A stretch of DNA of 63,196 bases, filler included, from Octopus bimaculoides (GCF_001194135.2; 4 parts of 4 records of this genome joined end to end with filler, not necessarily neighbours in it), one strand, 5' to 3'. Numbered from the whole stretch's first letter, positions 25,407 to 40,534 are shown. Numbers and translations: made by a program. The notes: generated by a model from the letters alone, not told the origin.

Positions 25407-26744
25407 TATATGTACATATATTTAACTTGGTGCTGAGGTCTCTTCATAGAGACAACGGGTAACCATGTACTCTCACACCTTTCAGTCATGACTGGGGCGT
25501 CGGTGACTAAACCAGCTCTCCTCTTGGTTCAAATTCCTGGATCTAGGAGGAGGGTGTGAGGGTACCCATCAGAACTAAAAACAAGATCTGTTCAGACAAG
25601 GGCACTGGAGTGCTGTCCTTGTCCTTCACCATACCAAATTAAAACCTCCAATGTTGGATCAAGCAGAGGAAGCTAGATCTCCAAATTCAACGACTGATCC
25701 TAGTGGAAAAGGGCAATGCCAGACGGACTGGCTAGAAAGGTGCAACTCTAATGACATTGGAACTAGCGGCATTCCATTGCAACCTATCTTCCAGACCTCG
25801 CATGTCACTCCAGGTAGTGCTGCAGCAGAAGGATTTTAGACCACAGTTTGTGGGGAGCCCCTTAGCAAAGAGATCTCCACTCTAAACAAACTCACACCAT
25901 TGACAGGTTTCTTTTTTATCTAACTTCCCCACCATTTTTTTTTTACAAAAGTTCAACGGTGATGGGGTAAAGATGGTGGGAGCAGGTTTGGTGAAACTAG
26001 AAGCTCCTAGCCTGGACCTGCATGATGGCAGCAGATACAAGATGGTCACCTTCTTGGGACCTGGTGACAACCCAGGAACTCGGTTTTACATCTACAACTG
26101 GGCAGACCTATTTTGGAACACTGCTGCTCACATTGAATAGGGAAGGCCCTAGAAAAGGTGGGCTAACTATCAGATGTCACCACAGAATCCTAGCTGGTAA
26201 GGACACCCATTCAAGCAGTTGAACAACAAAAATTAAATTAAACAAATTAATTAAACTAACCATTGGAACAAGGAACGTGCAAACGTTCCTTGATCCTTGA
26301 GACACAGAGAAACCAGAATGTAGAACAGCTTTTGTCTCTGAAAAATGTCTATTTGGGGAAGGAAAGACTGAAGAGATAGATTCGGGTTATACCTTCTGCC
26401 ACCACTGATCTCTGCTTACGTACTTAACATTGAAAAATAAATAAATAAATAAATAAATAAAATAAAATAAAAAATTTGAAACACTCTTCTAATATTATGA
26501 ATGAAAATACTACTGAGTTAGCAGACATGCTAAGCTTTTCAGCTGCAGAGAAATGAAACAAGTGTTTTGGTTTATCTCTGCTACTTTAATTGTATAGTTA
26601 ATAAACAAAACAACAAAACAAAAATATATCATTATCAGCATCATTAATATAATGAACCATTTCAACAGAGACTTTGACAGATTTTTTTTACCTGTCTCCT
26701 GATTTCACAATCAGCACCCACCAATGCCAAGCCACTACTGCTGT

Positions 26745-26776
<32 letters not shown>

Positions 26777-28011
26777 TCCCCACTGTGTTTGCGGATATTT
26801 ACAATTGATATTTTTGACAAAAAAAAAAAAAAACTTCACAATCCTACTTTGATAGTGATTTTTGTATAAAAAATTGGGTCAGTGAAAGAATGTGTCTTGC
26901 TGCTGCTGCTACAACTACTATTACACAAACATTATTATAAAAAAAAAAACCTACTTGTCAGGACACATGTCTTTGACAGTCATCTACCTACAATCATTCA
27001 CTAAATCAATCAATCAAACATTCTTTCTATCTGTCATCTACTTCTATCTATCTAAATACCTTTAATATAATTTTTGTCTCCAAAATATATTTGGAAGTCT
27101 GTCAAAGAGGTGATTATTACAACCAAATTATATTTCACAAACATCTCCACCACCAACACATCATCACTACCAGTCCTTATTCAACAACGTTCTTACTACA
27201 CCAAATCTGTACCGCAAACATCATCACAATACACCAACAACACACACTTTACTAACCAAAGCTATCTTTTTCTCTGAACCTTACAATGTCTTGACATTTA
27301 TCAGCTTAATGCAATGTAACAATCATTATTTCAATCCAGTTTCCTTTCACCATATCTAATATTTTCTTCTCTTTCTTTAAACTTCAACATTTCCTTCTTA
27401 CTATCTTCCCACTATGTTAAGTAAGGCCAATAGTTTTTCATGAGATCGTTGTCTTTACTAGCCAGTTTAAGCTGTTTTTAAAGACCTTGTACTACTGCCG
27501 GTAGAATTGTTAGCAAGTCAAACAGAATGCTTAGTAGCGTTTCTTCCACTAAGGTTAACTGTCCCTTACATCCTTTTAGATCCATAAAATAAAGTACCAG
27601 TTGAGCACTGGGGTACATGTAATCTACTAACCCCTTCCCGCCAAATTTCAGGCCTCATGCCTATAGTACAAAGAATTATTCTGATTCTTTTTATTATTAT
27701 TGCAATTATTATTAAGGCGGTGAACTGCCAGAATTGTTTGCACAACTTTCATTCTTTTGGGATTGATAAAATAAAGTACCAGTTGAGCACTGAGGTCAAT
27801 ATAGTTGACTTACACCCTCTCCTGAAATTGCTGGTCTTGTGCCAAAATTTGAAACTATTATTATTATCAAGGCAGTGAGCTGGCAGAATTATTAGCATGC
27901 CAAGCAAAATGCTGAGTGGCATTTTGTCCATCTTCACATTCTGAGTTTAAATTTTACCGAAGTCATAAGATAGTTGAGCACTGAAATTTATGGCTTTGTA
28001 CCAAAATTATA

Positions 28012-28045
<34 letters not shown>

Positions 28046-28079
28046 TTCTCTCAGATTCATGTGTATACAAATGCACACA

Positions 28080-28110
<31 letters not shown>

Positions 28111-28734
28111 TCACAGATGATTATCATTTTCTCACTGTGAATGACATGTCTGACATTCCATCTATGACCTCTCAGATGACTGTTCAGTTCTGTTGATATG
28201 CATGGTTTGAAACATAGGTATGAGGCAAAAATCTGTAACTTATTGTGTTTCCAACTGTTTAGGCCTGCGCACATTGCCACCTGTCTATCACCATAGGGCT
28301 TTCAGTCGATGGGATGACAAATGAGGTCACCAGTAAAGAGACATATGTATGTCATTGAATTATAGAGATAAACACTTGTACAGCACAAGTCTCCTCGATT
28401 AACATCTAGTTGTAGGCTAAAGCAAGATAACCAGTAATCATGCAAAACTGCAAGTTTTACATCAGACTCTTTTACAAATATGTCATGACTACAGCTAAGT
28501 GTTACTCATTCTCAGTGGTTTTATTGTGTGCCCTGACTCCAACCAACAGTATTTCTACATCCACATGTTATCATGTATGCTAGTTGATCTGCAATTGGGG
28601 TCCTGACAGATGTTACTACTCTGCATCAGAGTAGAGAAACAATAATGGCTAACAAGTGGTTCCACATACCTCAAAACACTGGGACTTCTGAACCAGAGTC
28701 TCACTATTGCATGCAGTTTAATGTCATACCCAGG

Positions 28735-28767
<33 letters not shown>

Positions 28768-29946
28768 CACATATACATACACATATACACACATCAAATG
28801 AAAGTAAATATTACACAAGTCTTTGACATTTTGTTTTCTTCACAAAAACCCAAATTTGTCACTTTTATGTAGAAACACCCATCTCCCTATTTAAGCAAAC
28901 ACCACCATTGCAACAGTAGCCATCACCACCACCATCACCATCATGTTCAACATCAGTACCATTATTTCTAGTCTGTTATTTCCATGCTGCTGTAGGTTTA
29001 ATGTGTCATGATGGTCTGCATTATTTGGCACAAACAACAACATAAAACAGGTCAACTTTAAGTCATACAATGTGGACTGAGTTTATTTTATCATGCTACC
29101 AGCAGTGAAGATGTTGTTTTGCTCCATGGAAGGAGATAAGAGGTTCGTCTACATAGTGTCAATTCCTATTTAGAGTTATTCCTCTATAAGATTGGTAACC
29201 AGCATATGTCTTGCTCATATGTTCCATTTTCGCATGTTTTCTAATGATTGGATACCCTTCCTATCAACACCCACTTTATAGCATGCCTTTTATCATGCCA
29301 CCAGCATTAAAGTAGTTCACCAACATGGGGATTAAAGAGTTTTCTTGGATCTAGCTAAATTTCTTCCATCCACACGAAGTTTTTCAAATTTTCACCAGAT
29401 TATTTTTCAATGTAGTGCATGCTGATGAAAAAAAAATCATTCTCTTTTATTAAAAATAATAAAGTTACAAATAATGAAAATCCTGTAATTTTAGCCAATC
29501 AAAGCATCCATCGTTGAGATTATCATTTGTACTGATCTCTGTTGCCATTGATATTATATGTACTTTCTTGTTTTTTTCTTATTATTAAATTGTAAATTGG
29601 TTAAAAGAAAAAGGTGGTAGTCAATTAGCCAGTCCACTTATGCGTACCTTCCTTCCTTCCTTCATTGGACACTAAATTCCACTTGCGAAGACCTGTTGAG
29701 GCAAGTGAAATCAAAATCGAGTTAAATTAAATTGGACACTAAACCCCACTTGCGAAGACCTGTTGAGGCAAGTGAAATAGAAATAGATCGTTGCTGTGCC
29801 CCTGAACTGGCTCTTGTGCGGGGCCGTCATAGGATTTTCGAGCGAGATCGTTGCCAGTGCTCCTGGACTGGCTCATGTGCGGGCGACACATGAAATCTTT
29901 CGAGCGGGATCGTTGCCAGTGCCCCTGGACTGGCTCATGTGCGGGC

Positions 29947-30046
29947 NNNNNNNNNNNNNNNNNNNNNNNNNNNNNNNNNNNNNNNNNNNNTTAATTAATT
30001 AANNNNNNNNNNNNNNNNNNNNNNNNNNNNNNNNNNNNNNNNNNNN
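29947..30046. other. Artificial scaffold-joining spacer (44 N + TTAATTAATTAA + 44 N)
   Basis: Exactly 100 bp; the 12-mer gives stop codons in all six frames; three identical occurrences. Confidence 0.97.
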
Positions 30047-30282
30047 ATATATATACACACACACACATACACCTATATATATATACATACACATACACCC
30101 GAGACTCCAGCAACACTACAGGGGCCTGAAGGAGAAATACTTCCCTAAGGAAAGTCACCAATCTATAGACACATAAGAAATGCAGTGGTACCACAGATAG
30201 ATTAACAGATAAAGTAGTCTTTGTATGTGGCAGATGTGCAGAAACAATAAGCACTACGAGCACATGGGTTTTAGATTCTCTC

Positions 30283-30895
30283 AAATGCCCAGGAGGCTCT
30301 CTTGAGGTTGTAGATAGTTTCTGTTACCTAGGTGACCAAATTAGCAATGGTGGAGGATGCTCTGAAAGTATTGTTTCTAAAATAAGAATTGGCTGGAGGA
30401 AGTTTAGAGAGCTATTACCTCTGTTGGCAACAAAAGGCTTCTCTCTCAGAATGAAAGAGTAGACTATATGATGCTTGAGTACGAATAGCTATATTCCATG
30501 GTAGTGAAACATGGGCTCTGAATGCAGAAGACATGCATAAACTGGAGAGAAATGAAGGTAGTATGCTCCATTGGATGTGCAACATTAGTGCACATGTATG
30601 ACAAAGTGCAAATGCATTGAGAGAAATGTTGGGCACAGAGGAATCAAATATAGCATGCAAAAGAGAAGACTATGTTGGTTTGGACATGTGATGCGTATGA
30701 ATGAGGATAGCTGCATAAAGAAGTGTCGATCCCTGAAAGTAGATAGTACCCATGGAAGAGGGAGACCCAGAAAGACATGGGATGAAGTGGTAAGGACTGA
30801 TCTCAGAAAGTTGGACCTTATGGAGGAAATGAATATGGATGGACCAAGATGTCTGGTGATTTGAGTTCTTGAGAAGACCAACCCATGTCAATGAA
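30283..30895 (+). mobile_element. 5'-truncated RTE-type LINE (RT C-terminal region)
   Basis: LEVVDSFCYLGDQIS.GGGCSES...IRIGWRKFRELLPLL...ETWAL...RRLCWFGHVMRM...GRGRPRKTWDEVV. Confidence 0.88.
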
Positions 30896-31639
30896 ACTGA
30901 GTTCTAGAAGCACTGAGTAGAAAACTTCTCACACTCTACCACAATGAACCAAACTATGTCTCTACATCCCTTCTCTTCCTCACATTCTTGCTTCATGTAC
31001 TATGATTACCTCCCACTCCCCAATCTTGTCCTCTTGGCCAGGTCAACCCGGGCTATTGTAGAAGACAATTGTAGAAGATGCCACACAATAGGACTAAACC
31101 TGAAACCAAGTGATTAGGAAGCAAACTTCTCTCCTACACGACCATGCTTGCATCTACCCACAACCCAACCATGCCAACATCTATCTATATTAATTACATT
31201 TGAAACTCATTACAGCTGTGGCATAATCATCATTCATATGTACCCACACAGATGTTTAGTCTCGTGTATAGCTTGATGTTCAAAAAGACATATATTCGTA
31301 GGTGCTCCAGGCATGACCACCCTGATCTTCTGTATATCAGGAAAACATTGCCCAGTGCATTTCTATTTTAATGATAGCATGTGACATGAGGGAGAGTTGG
31401 CTGTTATTTCTAACAGACTGACTGACTGCATAGAGGATCATTTGTTGGCTTGCTAAGGGGGTTGCAAGTTAGCATAGGGCCCAATAAGTCTACCTTATGG
31501 CCAACCCCAGCAGGGATTATGGTGTGACAATAAGTGACCGTTGTGTAGGTGGAGGGAAAGTTGCTCAAGGCTGGTACAGGACTAGCTAATTCATTGTGGA
31601 CTAATTTGGCTGAATAGAGATATGAGGTTATCATGGTAA

Positions 31640-32150
31640 GAGTTAAGAGATGAGGGGAATAAACTTGAAGTACAGAGAGAATGGTTATAAAAGAAGCAGA
31701 GAAACAAGAGACAATTATAGAAGAATTACAGACAGAGAGACAAGAATAATTGAAGTACAGAGAGATGACATAATTATAGTTGAAGTACAGTGAGAAGAGA
31801 TAGTTTACACTTAAAGTTGAGAGAAATGACATAAATATTGTTGAAATATAAAGAGAAGAGACATTTGAAGTACAGAGAGAAGAGACAGTTTACATTTGAA
31901 GCACAGAGAGAGATGACAATAAAAGAAGTACAACGACAAGATAATTTTAGCTGAAGTACAAAAAGATGACATGATTATAGTTGAAGTACAGAGAGAAGAG
32001 ACAGTTTATATTTGAAGTACAGAGAGAGATGACAATAAAAGAAGTACAACAACAAGATAATTTTAGCTGAAGTACAAAAAGATGACATGATTATAGTTGA
32101 AGTACAGAGAGAAGAGACAGTTTATATTTGAAGTACAGAGAGGCAAGACA
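31640..32150. repeat. Purine-rich hierarchical tandem repeat with core tgaagtacagagaga
   Basis: The core recurs about every 25-45 bp, and a higher-order unit of about 120 bp is duplicated at about 31885-32005 and 32005-32125. Confidence 0.85.
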
Positions 32151-32600
32151 GCCAGTGTGCATGATAGTGACAGTAGAATATAGAAGGGAAATTTCATCAG
32201 ACAAGAGAATTTTGTTATTAGTGTTTTAGATTGGCCTTTATTAAGCAGGTCTATTATCAAAGGCATTCCAGATGTGACCATCCCACCAATTTTTTGTTCT
32301 TAAAAATAGTGTGTATCAATTTATGTTATCCAACATCCTTGTTTGTTTGTTTTTAATGACAGAAGAATAGGAATCAGTAAGATTTAAATGTTATTTCTAT
32401 CTCAAGTTGTGTCATGTACACACACACTCCAAAACCCCCACCCATCCAGCACACACTTCTCTGAAACCCCATGGTCACATCTGCCCACCCCGCCCCCACC
32501 TCCCACACAAGACTGGATGTCCTACCACCCATTCACTCCTTTGAAAGCCTGTACTCACATTTGTTACCTCACACACAGACACACTCATACAATCACATCT

Positions 32601-32642
<42 letters not shown>

Positions 32643-33763
32643 AAATTACATCTGTCCCACACACGCACAACACATTCAGACAGTCACACACAGAACAATG
32701 CAGAGACGAAATAACAATGATAATAACAATGATAATAATAATAATAATAATGATAATAATGATTGGTGCATCATTGCCATAAAATGTGACAAGACTGTTG
32801 TGGATAGCGGAGAGAGAGGTGAGAGCAGCATAAATGGCAACGTAGTTATTATGAAGTAAATCAGTCGGAAGAAGTCAGAACAGTCATCAGTAAAAGCTTA
32901 AGGTCGACATTGCTTGACATCCATCATATTGACAACATCCCACACACAACTGTCAGCAGCGACAGCAGCAGCGGCAGTAGTAGTAGTAGCAGTAAAAGCA
33001 GCAGCAACAGCAACAGCAGCAGCAGCAACAAAAGAAGAAGAAAGGACAAACAACAGCAGCAACAACAACTACAACAATATACAGGAAATATCTCTTCACA
33101 ACACAAAGTGTAATGGTGCTTGTTGTTGTTGTTGTTGTTGTTTAGCCCCAGGTCAGCCTAATCAACCAGACCTATGATCAAAGACATACCAGCAATGACC
33201 ATCTTTTATTCACACATAATGTATCCTCTATGATTTAGATTATTCAATGCATCCTTCTTTATCTAAACAGCAAATTGATATTTGAGGAAATCTGGCTGCT
33301 ATTTCTAGATGAGTGACCACATACAGGTCATAAGTGACAATGACTGAAACTGTGCAGTACCCTCGGACCAAGTATTTATCTGGAATTAGCCAACCAAATG
33401 AGCCACTGAACTGCCATCTCTGACCTCAATTGTCTTGTCCAGTCCCAGCTTTATGTCTTTATCCTGGCCAATAAGTCTTTGAGATCTTAAGACTTATATC
33501 ATCATCATCATCATTTAATGTCTACTTTTATATGCTAGCATGGGTCAGATAGGTTTTATTTTCTATGGCCAGATACCCTTCCTGTTCCCAACCCTTCTTT
33601 TCCCATAGCCAGACCTGCTTTTCCCAGAAGACTGAATGCAAACAACACTGCTTGTTTGATGGTGATGCTCATTTACAACCATTATATATCTAGACAAGAG
33701 TATACACAAAAGCACATACATATATATATATACACAAACACACACGTACAAACACATACGCGC

Positions 33764-33818
<55 letters not shown>

Positions 33819-33822
<4 letters not shown>

Positions 33823-35071
33823 GGCTGAAAAATTCATAGGCTGACTATGAAGGAGTGATGCCAGAGCTGTGAAATTTTGTATGCAATAATTTCAACTTTC
33901 TTTATTAATAGCTGCATTATTTCTTTCCAGGTAAGCTGACATCTGGTTGTTCAAGAAAGACTTCAAAAGTAACTAGTAGCAACTTCTCTTGAAAATGAAC
34001 AAAATTTACCTGCAAGTGCCTGCAGAAAAAATGTTTAGCTCCCAAGGACATTCATGTTGACATGGTTTTTACATTAGGGGATGATGCTCCAGCTTTATCA
34101 ACAGTGCAAAAGTGGGCAGCTGAATTTAGGAGAGGTAGTGAGAGTCCAAGGTCTGGTGATGTTGCAACTGCCATCATCGAGGAAAATATTGATCCTGTTC
34201 ACCTAATGACAAGTGATTGACTATAAATCAAATAGCCAATGCTACTGGCATATCCTGTGAAAAAGTTGAGAATATTCTGCACAATGAACTTGGCATGATG
34301 AAGGTTTCTGCTCACTGGATGCAACATCTGACACCTGATCAAAGTCACACAAGGTTGATCACATCATAGGAAAATCTGACATTATCTGAGACAAATCCAG
34401 CTGGTTTCCTTTAACATTTCCTAAGCCAGGATCAGTATTGGCTTCATCGCTTTGAGCCAGAGACAAAGAGACAATCTATGCAGTGGAAACAATCCTCATC
34501 ACTTACTCCAAAGAAAGCCAAAGGTTGTTTCATTCGCAGGGAAGGTAGTGGTCTCAGTTTTTTGGGATACAACAGGCATTGTGTTTATTGACTATTTTCA
34601 AAAGGGCCACAACATCAATGGAGAATATTATGCTAACTTGCTGAGGCAGTTATGAAAGGCTATCAAGACCAAATGTCCAGGAAAACTGACGAAAGGGATC
34701 TTGTTTCATCAGGACAATGCTGCAGCACGTAAGTCCTTGTTTTCAATGGCTGCTGTGCACGAGTGTGGCTTTGAACTGGTTGATCACCATCCTTATTCTT
34801 TTTATTTGGCCCCATCTGACTATCATCTGTTCCCCAACATTCAGAAAAACACTTGGCTGGGAACCAATATCACAGTGATGATAACATAATACCTACTGTT
34901 GGTGACTTTTTGATGAATGAAAAGAAAGGTTCTTCATCAAAGGGATACAAGCACTGCAACAGTGATAGAAGTATGTAGACAACAAGGGGATACTTTGTTG
35001 AAAGTAAACCTCATTTGGTCACAGTTCATGAGAGTCTCTTAGTCAGCCTATGAACTCTTCAGCCAACCCTG
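33819..35071 (+). mobile_element. Decayed mariner (DD34D-type) transposon
   Basis: TIRs ta|cgagggctgaaaaattcataggctgact ... agtcagcctatgaactcttcagcc; relic VFWDTTGIVFIDY..KG..INGEYY..LL...FHQDNA...HPYS..LAPSDYHLF. Confidence 0.88.
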
Positions 35072-36548
35072 ATATGTATGTTAGCTTCAGTCTAACAAAT
35101 TCAGTCACGAGGCTTTGGTTGTCCCAGGGTTATAACAGAAGACACTTGCATAAAGTATTGTGCAGTGGAACTGAACCTAAGACCACATGTTTTTTAACCA
35201 TACAGCCACGCTTGCACATAAGGTCAGCACTGCCTAACATCTATAATACTGAGAACATGTGACATTTAGTGACAGAAGAGAATCTTTGTGAGATGAAGGA
35301 GAAATATATCTGTCGTTATATTAAGCAAATCAAGTTAAAAACAGCACAAAACCATAATGGACTTCAACAATTGTTGACTCACAAACATTCTTCACACTGC
35401 CTGCCCACCATAATTACTAATGAGTAAGTCTCTCACTCTTCCTCTGCCTTCTCCTCTGGTTGCTACTACAATGGTTTCTGTCTTCCTCCTCTATTTTTAC
35501 GACAATAACCTCCTCTGCTCATTTGAACCATTATTCTGTACATCTTGCTCAACCAAGACTCCACAATTCCCATCCGTTTCTCTTCGACCTCCTCTTGTCA
35601 CTTCTACTGTGTCTCACCTCCCCAACATCTTACTACACTAAACACTTAGGCCATTCCTTCTTCCTCTGAACTGTTTCCCTCTGGAATCCCATCTCCACCA
35701 AATAGATGATTTGCCAACAAATGTCCAAACTGAATGTTAACCACATCAATCACACTAGTCTCCTCCATCAGTCAAAAGCCTCGTCATTCATTCTTCTCAG
35801 ATTATTAACGTTTTTGATACCAACCCATCTGAGACCATCACCAATAGTTCTGATATAAACTGTTTCAAAGAGATCTAAATTAAAAATCTCTGTTTGACAA
35901 CCAACGTTGGTTTGTTTACGGCCCTGTAATTTAGTGGTTCAACAAAAAGTGACCAACAGAATAAGAACTAGACTTAAAGCAACTGACGAGGTCAGTTTGA
36001 CAGAGTAAAACCCTTCAAGGCAGTGCCCCAGTATGGCCTCGGCTAAATGGCTGAAATAAGTAAAAGAATAAGAGTTAAAAGAATATGATGGAAGGCATAG
36101 CATATCTTGGACATTTATCCAATGTGTCCTTTTCACCAAGAACAAAATGTAATTTGTGGGGGGTTTAGCTCCTATTGCTAGGATATAGGGAAATCATGTA
36201 GCGGCTCCTTTATTAGCTTGTGTGTTTTAAAACAGTTGGGTACCCAGGCTTGGACTGACCAGAGAATAGCTGGAACAAAATCTAAGGGAGGTAACTTCCT
36301 TTACACCATTGATTTAAAGTCAAGTGTTGCTTAGCCGTAAGCTATTTCTGATCAGACCTACAATCAAAGCCATTCCAACCATGACCACACTGCCTTTCTT
36401 CAAAGATATCATACAAACAAACTACATTATATGATATTTTGCCTTCCTATTTTGAAGATCACCGGGGTATGGTTTGAGAGAAATACGCCTGCTATTTCTA
36501 CCAGATCATGCAGCTATATATATATAAGCTCCACCACAAAAAACTTAA

Positions 36549-36768
36549 CCTTTTTGCATTCAATTTATTCCATCAAATGTAATGTTAATTCATTCACATT
36601 GTTTTGAATTAATCATGAATTACTTCATATCTTCAAGATTTTAATGGCGTGGCAGTTTATTTTTAGAATGACACTGTAGGGTAGGTGTGAGGGGCCAGAT
36701 GTGGCCAGTTTGAACATAAAGCAGGTAGAATATTTTGACCGGATAAGGCCAGTTTAAATGCTAAAGGG
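36549..36768. mobile_element. piggyBac-type MITE (220 bp) with intact TTAA target duplication
   Basis: TTAA|cctttttgcatt ... aatgctaaaggg|TTAA. Confidence 0.8.
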
Positions 36769-37952
36769 TTAATGCAGGCAAAATCCTCTGTTTCCCTCCA
36801 TACCAACAACATGAGAGAACAGCAAATACAATCAAACATGATGACCATTATCACCATCGTCTTAACTTCCACTTTTCCATGTATGCATGGATCAGAATGT
36901 AATTTATCAAAACAGGTTTTTTAAGGCCTGACACCCATCATGTGACCAACCCCCACTCATTTCCAAATCAGATAATATTTCCCCCCATGACCAGACATGT
37001 TTTGAAGAAAGATTGGAAATGAAGGACATCACTTGCATGGTGGTGATGCTTGTTTTCACAACATGATGTCAAGACAAGCATACACACACATATATAATCA
37101 AATCAAATATACAAGCAATAAAATTAACAATAACAGACAACAAGAAGTACTTCGGATCGTAGGGCGACATGCCATGCTTGAGGAGACCTACTGAGTCAAG
37201 TACATCAGAATCAAATCACAATCAAATGGAAATTGTAGTTGTGGTCCCCGTGTTGGTGGCATGTAAAAAGCACCACCTGAATGTGGCCGATGCCAGCGCC
37301 GCTTTGACTGGCTTCTGTGCCGGTGGCACATAAAAAGCACCATCTGATTGTGGTCGATGCCAACCCCCTCTGGCTCCTGGGCCAGTGGCATGTAAAAAAA
37401 GCACCCACTACACTCTCAGAGTGGTTGGCATTAGGAAGGGCGTCCAGCTGTAGAAACACTGCCAGATCAGATTGGGGCCTGGTGCAGCCTCCTGGCTTCC
37501 CAGACCCCAGTCAAACCGTCCAACCCATGCCAGCATGGAAAAGGGACGTTAAAAGATGATGATGATAATAAGAAGATGTGAACAAGACTGTATTGATTTG
37601 ATGCTAATTAAAAAGAGCTTTTGACATTTTGAGCATAGCTCTTTGTCAGAAAGGAGAAAGGGAAAAGTCCAAGGAAGGAAAAGAAATTGACAACAGCACA
37701 TGTGTAGTTACATTGCTGAAGTGACCAGAATTAGGAAGAAATTTGATCGAATTTCGATTAAATCCCCAATGGTTAATACGGGATCTTCCAACGATAATGT
37801 AAACATCAAACAATCAAGGTATCCTTGCCTGAAGAGTAGTTTGCAGTCTATCCCCTCGTTTCGATAATTTACTACTTCCGAGGTTCCACTAGCTATGAAA
37901 CATATATAGCCTGGATTTTATCTACTCCATTCCTTAATTTTTTTTATGTGTA

Positions 37953-38010
<58 letters not shown>

Positions 38011-39125
38011 TATTTATATTATGTTTGTGTGTGTGTGTAGATAGATAGATAGATATATGTATGTATGTTTATATACATACATGTATATATGTATAAGTAT
38101 GCGTGTGTTTATATGTAAATTTGTCTTAACATTACATGATGGTTGGAAATGAGTATCACCACCATATATGCAACGTCATTCATTCGAAGTCTTCTGCAAA
38201 AAATATGTCTGGCCAGGGGAAATATTCCCTTGTCTGAACACAATTGAGGGTTGGTGAAAGGAAGGGTGCCAGACGTAGAAAACCTGTCTTGACAAATTTC
38301 ATCCAACCCATGCAAGTATGGAAATGTAGACATTAAAACAATGATGATGATGACTACCTTTCTTTCACATAGCCAAGAGAAACATCATCATCATCATCAT
38401 TGTTTAACGTCCGCTTTCCATGCTAGCATGGGTTGGACGATTTGACTGAGGACTGGTAAGCCAGATGGCTATACCAGGCTCCAATCTGATTTGGCAGAGT
38501 TTCTACAGCTGGATGCCCTTCCTAACGCCAACCACTCCGAGAGTGTAGTGGGTGCTTTTACGTTCCACCGGCACGAAGGCCAGTCAGGCGGTACTGGCAA
38601 CGGCCACGCTCAAAATGGTGTATTTTATGTGCCACCTGCACAGCAGCCAGTCCAGCGGCACTGGCAACGATCTTCCTCGAATGTCTTTACACGTGCCACC
38701 AGCACAAGTGCCAGGAAAGCGACGCTGGGCACAGGTGCCATCACGATTTCACTTTCGCTAACCTCAGTGACCCCCAAATATCACACTGGATACTCACCAC
38801 TAACAAAAGGAGAAGAACTTCAACCGGTGTGCTTCGAATGAGCTTTTCACTGTGGCCAAAAAAATTTGCAGACACACAGATACAGACAGAACAATAGAGA
38901 GAGTGCAACATGAGCAGAGAGATACACTGCACCCTGTATCATTCACCATGCAGTATGGTCCCCATCTAGGTAAGAACAGAGGATAACTGGGAAGATTAAT
39001 CACTTGGCTGCAACTAATTGTTCTGTTATCTACTTGTGTCTACCTCCAGGCTTGCGCAATAAAGACTGACCTGGGGCTATACATCGACAACAATGAAACA
39101 ATTAAGAGATAAGAACATATATTAC

Positions 39126-39170
39126 CTGTTCTAAGTCTTTCACCATTTCTTCAAGGTTTTCACCAAAAAT
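39126..39170 (-). CDS. LIG3: LIG3 45-nt exon (IFGENLEEMVKDLEQ); last LIG3 exon I could find
   Basis: Matches LIG3 IF.....DM..DLEQ. Acceptor tatcttttaatag, donor CAG|gtaata, phase 0 to 0. The five exons total 951 nt (317 codons) from ATG 51864 with no stop. Confidence 0.88.
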
Positions 39171-39355
39171 CTATTAAAAGATAATAATAATTAATGAAAA
39201 AAAAGGGGAAAATCTTATAGGCAAATCATTTATAAAAAACACTAACACCCAGCAAAGATTCCTGAGTGATGTTAAAAATTGTAGTGGACAGGGAGTTGGG
39301 GCTAAAATTGAAGTTTGTAAAAAAAGTAAACAATAATCCATCTAAAAAAAAAGTA

Positions 39356-40503
39356 TTTCTATTCAACGGTCGAAATCAGAAATTCATTTGCGAAACAGTT
39401 TAATGATTGCTTCTAAATATCATATTGCAGTTGTTGATGCTGCTGTGTTGCCTCAGGTCGTCCCTAATGTAGCTGTTATATGGCACACATTAGTAAGGGA
39501 ATTTGTGTTGTTTATCCCTAGGCTAGCAGTAACAGTTTATTTAAATTAGCCACCCTTAGCTTCCACCACAGCCTTGAGATGGCTCCAGAACCTGGCACAT
39601 GTGTTCTTCACTGTGCCTCTGGGAAGATCTTCAGACACCTCTTTGATCTTGATCATCAGCTTGGCCTTGGTGTTGCAGGCAAAGCATTTGGTGTCTTTCT
39701 CAACTGCACTCCACACATAGTAATCCATGGGATTACAATCAGTGGAATTAGAAAGCCAGAAACTGGGGGGCTGGTGAAGTCGTAGAAATTCTCCGACAAT
39801 CAGTTTTGACTTTTTACAGAGATGTAACAAGGAGCTGAATCCTGCTGCCACACATATGGCCTTCCAGCAACAACTCTCTCTCTCCAGCCAGGGTTTAACC
39901 ACAGTCTCCAGCAGTTTCACATGACGTCATCCCTATTGGAGGCATGATGCTGGCATTTTGATACCAGGCATGAATTGTAATGATACAGGTAACTCTTTTC
40001 CATTATTCAGATGGCTTTCAGCCATCCCATGTCAGCTAACTTTTACTAAACTGCAAATTTAATCTTTATGCTCTCCAACGCTGTTGACTATCCACCAATA
40101 AAAACATCAGGCTGTTCCTAAAAAACAGAAGACACGACATATCATCATATTTAGCCCAAGCATCTTGTATATAAGTTTCTTCGGAAGGGAAAGGGGCTGC
40201 TTTAAGGAGCAGGCAGCAATGTAACCTCTTTCAGTAACATTTTTACCAAAAAGATTTATTTCGGAGATGTGCTTTGTTTGTCACTTTATTTTATTTCATT
40301 TTTTTTTTTAATTATTATTATTTTTATTATTGTTATATCTTGTGCAGACATAGTTGTGTAGTTTGCTTGCTAACTACATGGTTTCAGGTTCAATCTCAGT
40401 GCTTGGCACCTTGGACAATTGTCTACTACTATAGCTTTGAGCCAAGCAAAGACTTATGAACGAGTGGAGTTTGATAAGCAGAAACTGCACGAAGCCCAAT
40501 ATG

Positions 40504-40534
<31 letters not shown>

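Noticed and set aside
25450-26220. GC-richer stretch resembling a degenerate RTE LINE
   Set aside because: Too decayed to anchor on any clear motif; left unannotated.
29660-29946. Short direct repeats with spacers, superficially CRISPR-like (also in 12330-12790)
   Set aside because: Internal tandem units of the RTE 3' UTR in a eukaryotic genome; the spacers are themselves repeats and no cas genes are present.
32910-33180. Poly-S/poly-Q/poly-A ORFs
   Set aside because: (CAG)/(TAG)/(CAA) trinucleotide microsatellites with no coding support.
37715-37885. 63-codon open minus frame SGTSEVVNYRNEGIDCKLLFRQG... after a cag/tag-like acceptor
   Set aside because: Phase 1, not joinable to the phase-0 LIG3 exon; no recognisable homology.
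38797-38850. Exon-like segment SEKLIRSTPVEVLLLLLV with cag acceptor and gtgagt donor in the LIG3 region
   Set aside because: No resemblance to the next expected LIG3 block (GDV.ET...FFE) and incompatible phase; probably chance.
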